In this document: positions 61,839 to 64,000 of the stretch, in pieces | Layout of the letters: each line of letters opens with the position of its first letter | Numbering within the stretch: position 1 is the first letter of the stretch | Source: Candidatus Eiseniibacteriota bacterium | Lineage (GTDB): Bacteria > Eisenbacteria > RBG-16-71-46 | Length of the DNA: 64,000 nt | Assembly (NCBI GenBank): GCA_044222065.1 | Contig: JBGAOA010000010.1 | Coordinates: forward strand, 1-64,000 | Reading direction: 5' to 3' | Notes under the pieces: model-generated | What the model was told of the DNA's origin: nothing | Database searches by the model: none | What the model saw: the letters and a program-made list of their open reading frames with translations, nothing else | Translations under genes and position numbers: made by a program

Positions 61839-62971
61839 GCGAGCCGGCGACCCCCGCACGATTCCCGGCACGGCTCTTCGACGGCGAGTCGGCCGAAGCG
61901 CACGCGGTGACGGCGGAGCCGCTCGGCTTCGGCGTGCGCGTGGTGCGCGCGGACGGTCGCGAGGACGTGTGGCCGTACGCCGAGTGCGTGCTCGTGCGCG
62001 GCGAGGCGCGCGGCGAGGACGTGCAGCTCGAACGACGCGCCGATCCCGTCGAGGTGCTCGTCGTCCGGGACGGTTCGTTCCTCGCCGAGATGCGCGCCGC
62101 GCTTCCGCCCGCGACGCGGCTCGCGCGGCTCGGCGGGCCGTCGTTCGGCCTGCGCGCCGTGCTGTGGATCGCGCTCGCCGCCGCCGCGCTGCTGTTCGGC
62201 CTCTACCGTTGGGGGCTTCCCGGCCTCGCGGAGTTCGCCGCCGCCCGCGTGCCGCCCGCGTGGGAGGCGAAGCTCGGCGAGGCCGTGGTCGAGGAGCTCG
62301 CCCCCGCCGAGCGGCGGATCGAGAATCCCGCGGTGACGGGGCCCGTGATCGCGATCCACGCCCGGCTCCGCGACGGCACGCCAGCGGCCGAGTCGCGCGT
62401 CGTCGTCGCCCGGCTCCCGATGGTGAACGCCTTCGCCGCGCCCGGCGGCACGATCGTCGTCACGACGCCGTTGCTCGACGCGCTGCACTCCCCCGAGGAA
62501 CTCGCGGCGGTGCTCGCGCACGAGCTCGCGCACGTCGAACGCCGCCACGCGCTCCGCGGGCTCATCCAGCAGCTGTCGCTGCAGGCGCTGCTCGGACTCA
62601 TCGCGGGCGATGCCTCCGCGCTCGGCGAGGGCCTGCGCGTCGCGGGACGGCTCGGAAGCCTGTCGTACAGCCGTGCCGACGAACTCGCGGCCGACGACGG
62701 CGCCGAGACGCTGCTCGAGCGCGCCGGGGTCGGAGGCGCGGCGCTCGCCGACGCGCTCGAGAGTCTCGGCCGCGCCTCGCCACGCTCGGGCGGCCTCGAC
62801 TTCCTCTCGACCCACCCCGCCCCCGAGCGCGCGCGCGGCGGATTCGCGCGCGAGCGCGCGGCGGGCCGGGCGACCCCGGACGGCGAGCCGCTCGTCGGAC
62901 CCGAGGCGTGGCGGGCGATGCAGGAGGCCGCGCGCGCCTCGGGCGGGGACGCCGGAGCGCTCACGCGCTGA
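61835..62971 (+). CDS. M48 family metallopeptidase
   Basis: VNAFAAPGG, HELAH, YSRADELAAD, FLSTHP; coupled to the DUF898 gene. Confidence 0.92.
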   Translation: MSEPATPARFPARLFDGESAEAHAVTAEPLGFGVRVVRADGREDVWPYAECVLVRGEARGEDVQLERRADPVEVLVVRDGSFLAEMRAALPPATRLARLGGPSFGLRAVLWIALAAAALLFGLYRWGLPGLAEFAAARVPPAWEAKLGEAVVEELAPAERRIENPAVTGPVIAIHARLRDGTPAAESRVVVARLPMVNAFAAPGGTIVVTTPLLDALHSPEELAAVLAHELAHVERRHALRGLIQQLSLQALLGLIAGDASALGEGLRVAGRLGSLSYSRADELAADDGAETLLERAGVGGAALADALESLGRASPRSGGLDFLSTHPAPERARGGFARERAAGRATPDGEPLVGPEAWRAMQEAARASGGDAGALTR

Positions 62972-63218
62972 GCGCGCTCGCCCCTTCGGCCGTCGCCGAC
63001 GAGCGGCTTCGGTGCTAGTCTTCGGGCCGTGAGGCGCAAGCGCGGCGCCCCGCCGCGGTCGCACAGACCTCCTCGCGGGAGCCGCGTCGCCCGGAACGGG
63101 TCCGACCGCCCGCGTCGTTGACTCCGCCCGTTCCCTCCGCGCGCGCGACCGCGTGCGCCTGCGACCTCCGCGCTCCGGGCATCCGCGCCTTTCGCTTCGC
63201 GAAAGGAGGCGAAGAGCC

Positions 63219-63899
63219 ATGCTGGCGATTCCACGCCACGGGAGCTTCCCGTGGCTCGCCGCGATCCTCGCGCTCGCGTTCGCCGTTCCGGCGGCGCGTG
63301 CGGCGCCGGCGGCCGCGGCCAAGACGCCGACGCCGAGCGAGACCTCGGAGCCGCTCGAGATCCACGACACCGGCGCGAACCTGCAACGCGCGTTCGGCGG
63401 CGAAGTGAACGCGCACCATCGCTACCTGGAGGCCGCGAAGGTCGCGGAGTCCGAAGGCCGCCGCGACGTGGCGGCGCTGTTCCGCGCGTGCGCGACGGCC
63501 GAACAGGCGCACGCCGACCGGCACGTCGAGGCGATCGCGTGGACGAGCGGCGGCGAAGCGCGCGCGATGATGGCGCGGCTGTCGCTCGGAACGACGCTCG
63601 AGAACCTGCAGCTCGCGGCGGCGCTCGAGGACTATGAAGTGCAGTCGCTCTACCCCGCGCTGCTCGAGCGCGCGAAAACCGAAGGGCACACCGAGGCGGT
63701 GCGCTCGTTCAACTTCGCGCTCTCCGCGGAGCGTGAGCACGCACGGCTGCTGCGCTCGGCGCTCGACCGCTGGAACGCGGGCGCGGGGCCCGCGGCGTTC
63801 CACGTCTGCCCGAAGTGCGGCAAGACCGTCGTGGACGTGACGTTCCCGAAGTGTCCGAACTGCTTCACGAGCGCCCGCCGCTTCGTGCGGGTGTCGTAA
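63219..63899 (+). CDS. Rubrerythrin with N-terminal signal peptide
   Basis: AAGGAGG RBS; signal peptide; NL..AF.GE..A..RY, AEQAH and AEREH di-iron motifs; C-terminal CPKC..CPNC. Confidence 0.9.
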   Translation: MLAIPRHGSFPWLAAILALAFAVPAARAAPAAAAKTPTPSETSEPLEIHDTGANLQRAFGGEVNAHHRYLEAAKVAESEGRRDVAALFRACATAEQAHADRHVEAIAWTSGGEARAMMARLSLGTTLENLQLAAALEDYEVQSLYPALLERAKTEGHTEAVRSFNFALSAEREHARLLRSALDRWNAGAGPAAFHVCPKCGKTVVDVTFPKCPNCFTSARRFVRVS

Positions 63900-63927
63900 C
63901 GCAGCGGACGAGAAAGCGAGGTTCCTC

Positions 63928-64000
63928 ATGTCGGTGCTTCCCGCCGTTCCCGGGTGGGACGGACTCCATCCGGCGCTGGCGCAGTTCCCGCTCGCGCTGA
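63928..64000 (+). CDS. Start of a DUF2231-like membrane protein, truncated by the window end
   Basis: GAGG RBS; MSVLPAVPGWDGLHPALAQFPLAL resembles the LHPxxxHFP motif. Confidence 0.55.
   Translation, partial: MSVLPAVPGWDGLHPALAQFPLAL

Noticed and set aside
60843..62971. DUF898 plus M48 peptidase pair as a novel system
   Set aside because: A widespread, already recognised gene pair; nothing unusual here.

Overview
Very GC-rich, diderm bacterial chromosome segment. The lineage is not provable from the sequence; gene style would fit an uncultured FCB-related group such as Ca. Eisenbacteria. It appears to span the replication terminus: a dif-like XerC/XerD site lies at 4375-4402, and gene orientation largely converges on it. 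Most of the window is minus-strand housekeeping genes: aroC, aroF, tRNA-Val, thrS, infC-rpmI-rplT-pheS-pheT, zapB-zapA-6S RNA-rny, a ymdB-folD fusion, xseAB-ispA-dxs-nadK-recN, trpEGD(RDD)CFB without trpA, tRNA-Arg, menG, a diguanylate cyclase, a WbpB/D/E-like amino-sugar trio, a sigma54 two-component pair, and lptE-holA-leuS. Best candidates for undescribed biology: (1) a secreted double-YHS protein with one in-frame TGA followed by a SECIS-like hairpin (candidate selenoprotein); (2) a complete Trp-leader-peptide attenuator on the DAHP synthase gene rather than on the trp operon; (3) an in-frame YmdB-FolD fusion; (4) a TonB receptor / periplasmic binding protein / hybrid kinase cassette under a sigma28-like promoter, lying between thrS and infC; (5) a GAF kinase with a four-cysteine insert; (6) an exported rubrerythrin. 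Three genes are frameshifted, so base-calling errors are possible, and single-base claims need read-level checks. All family assignments come from motif recognition by eye, not database searches.
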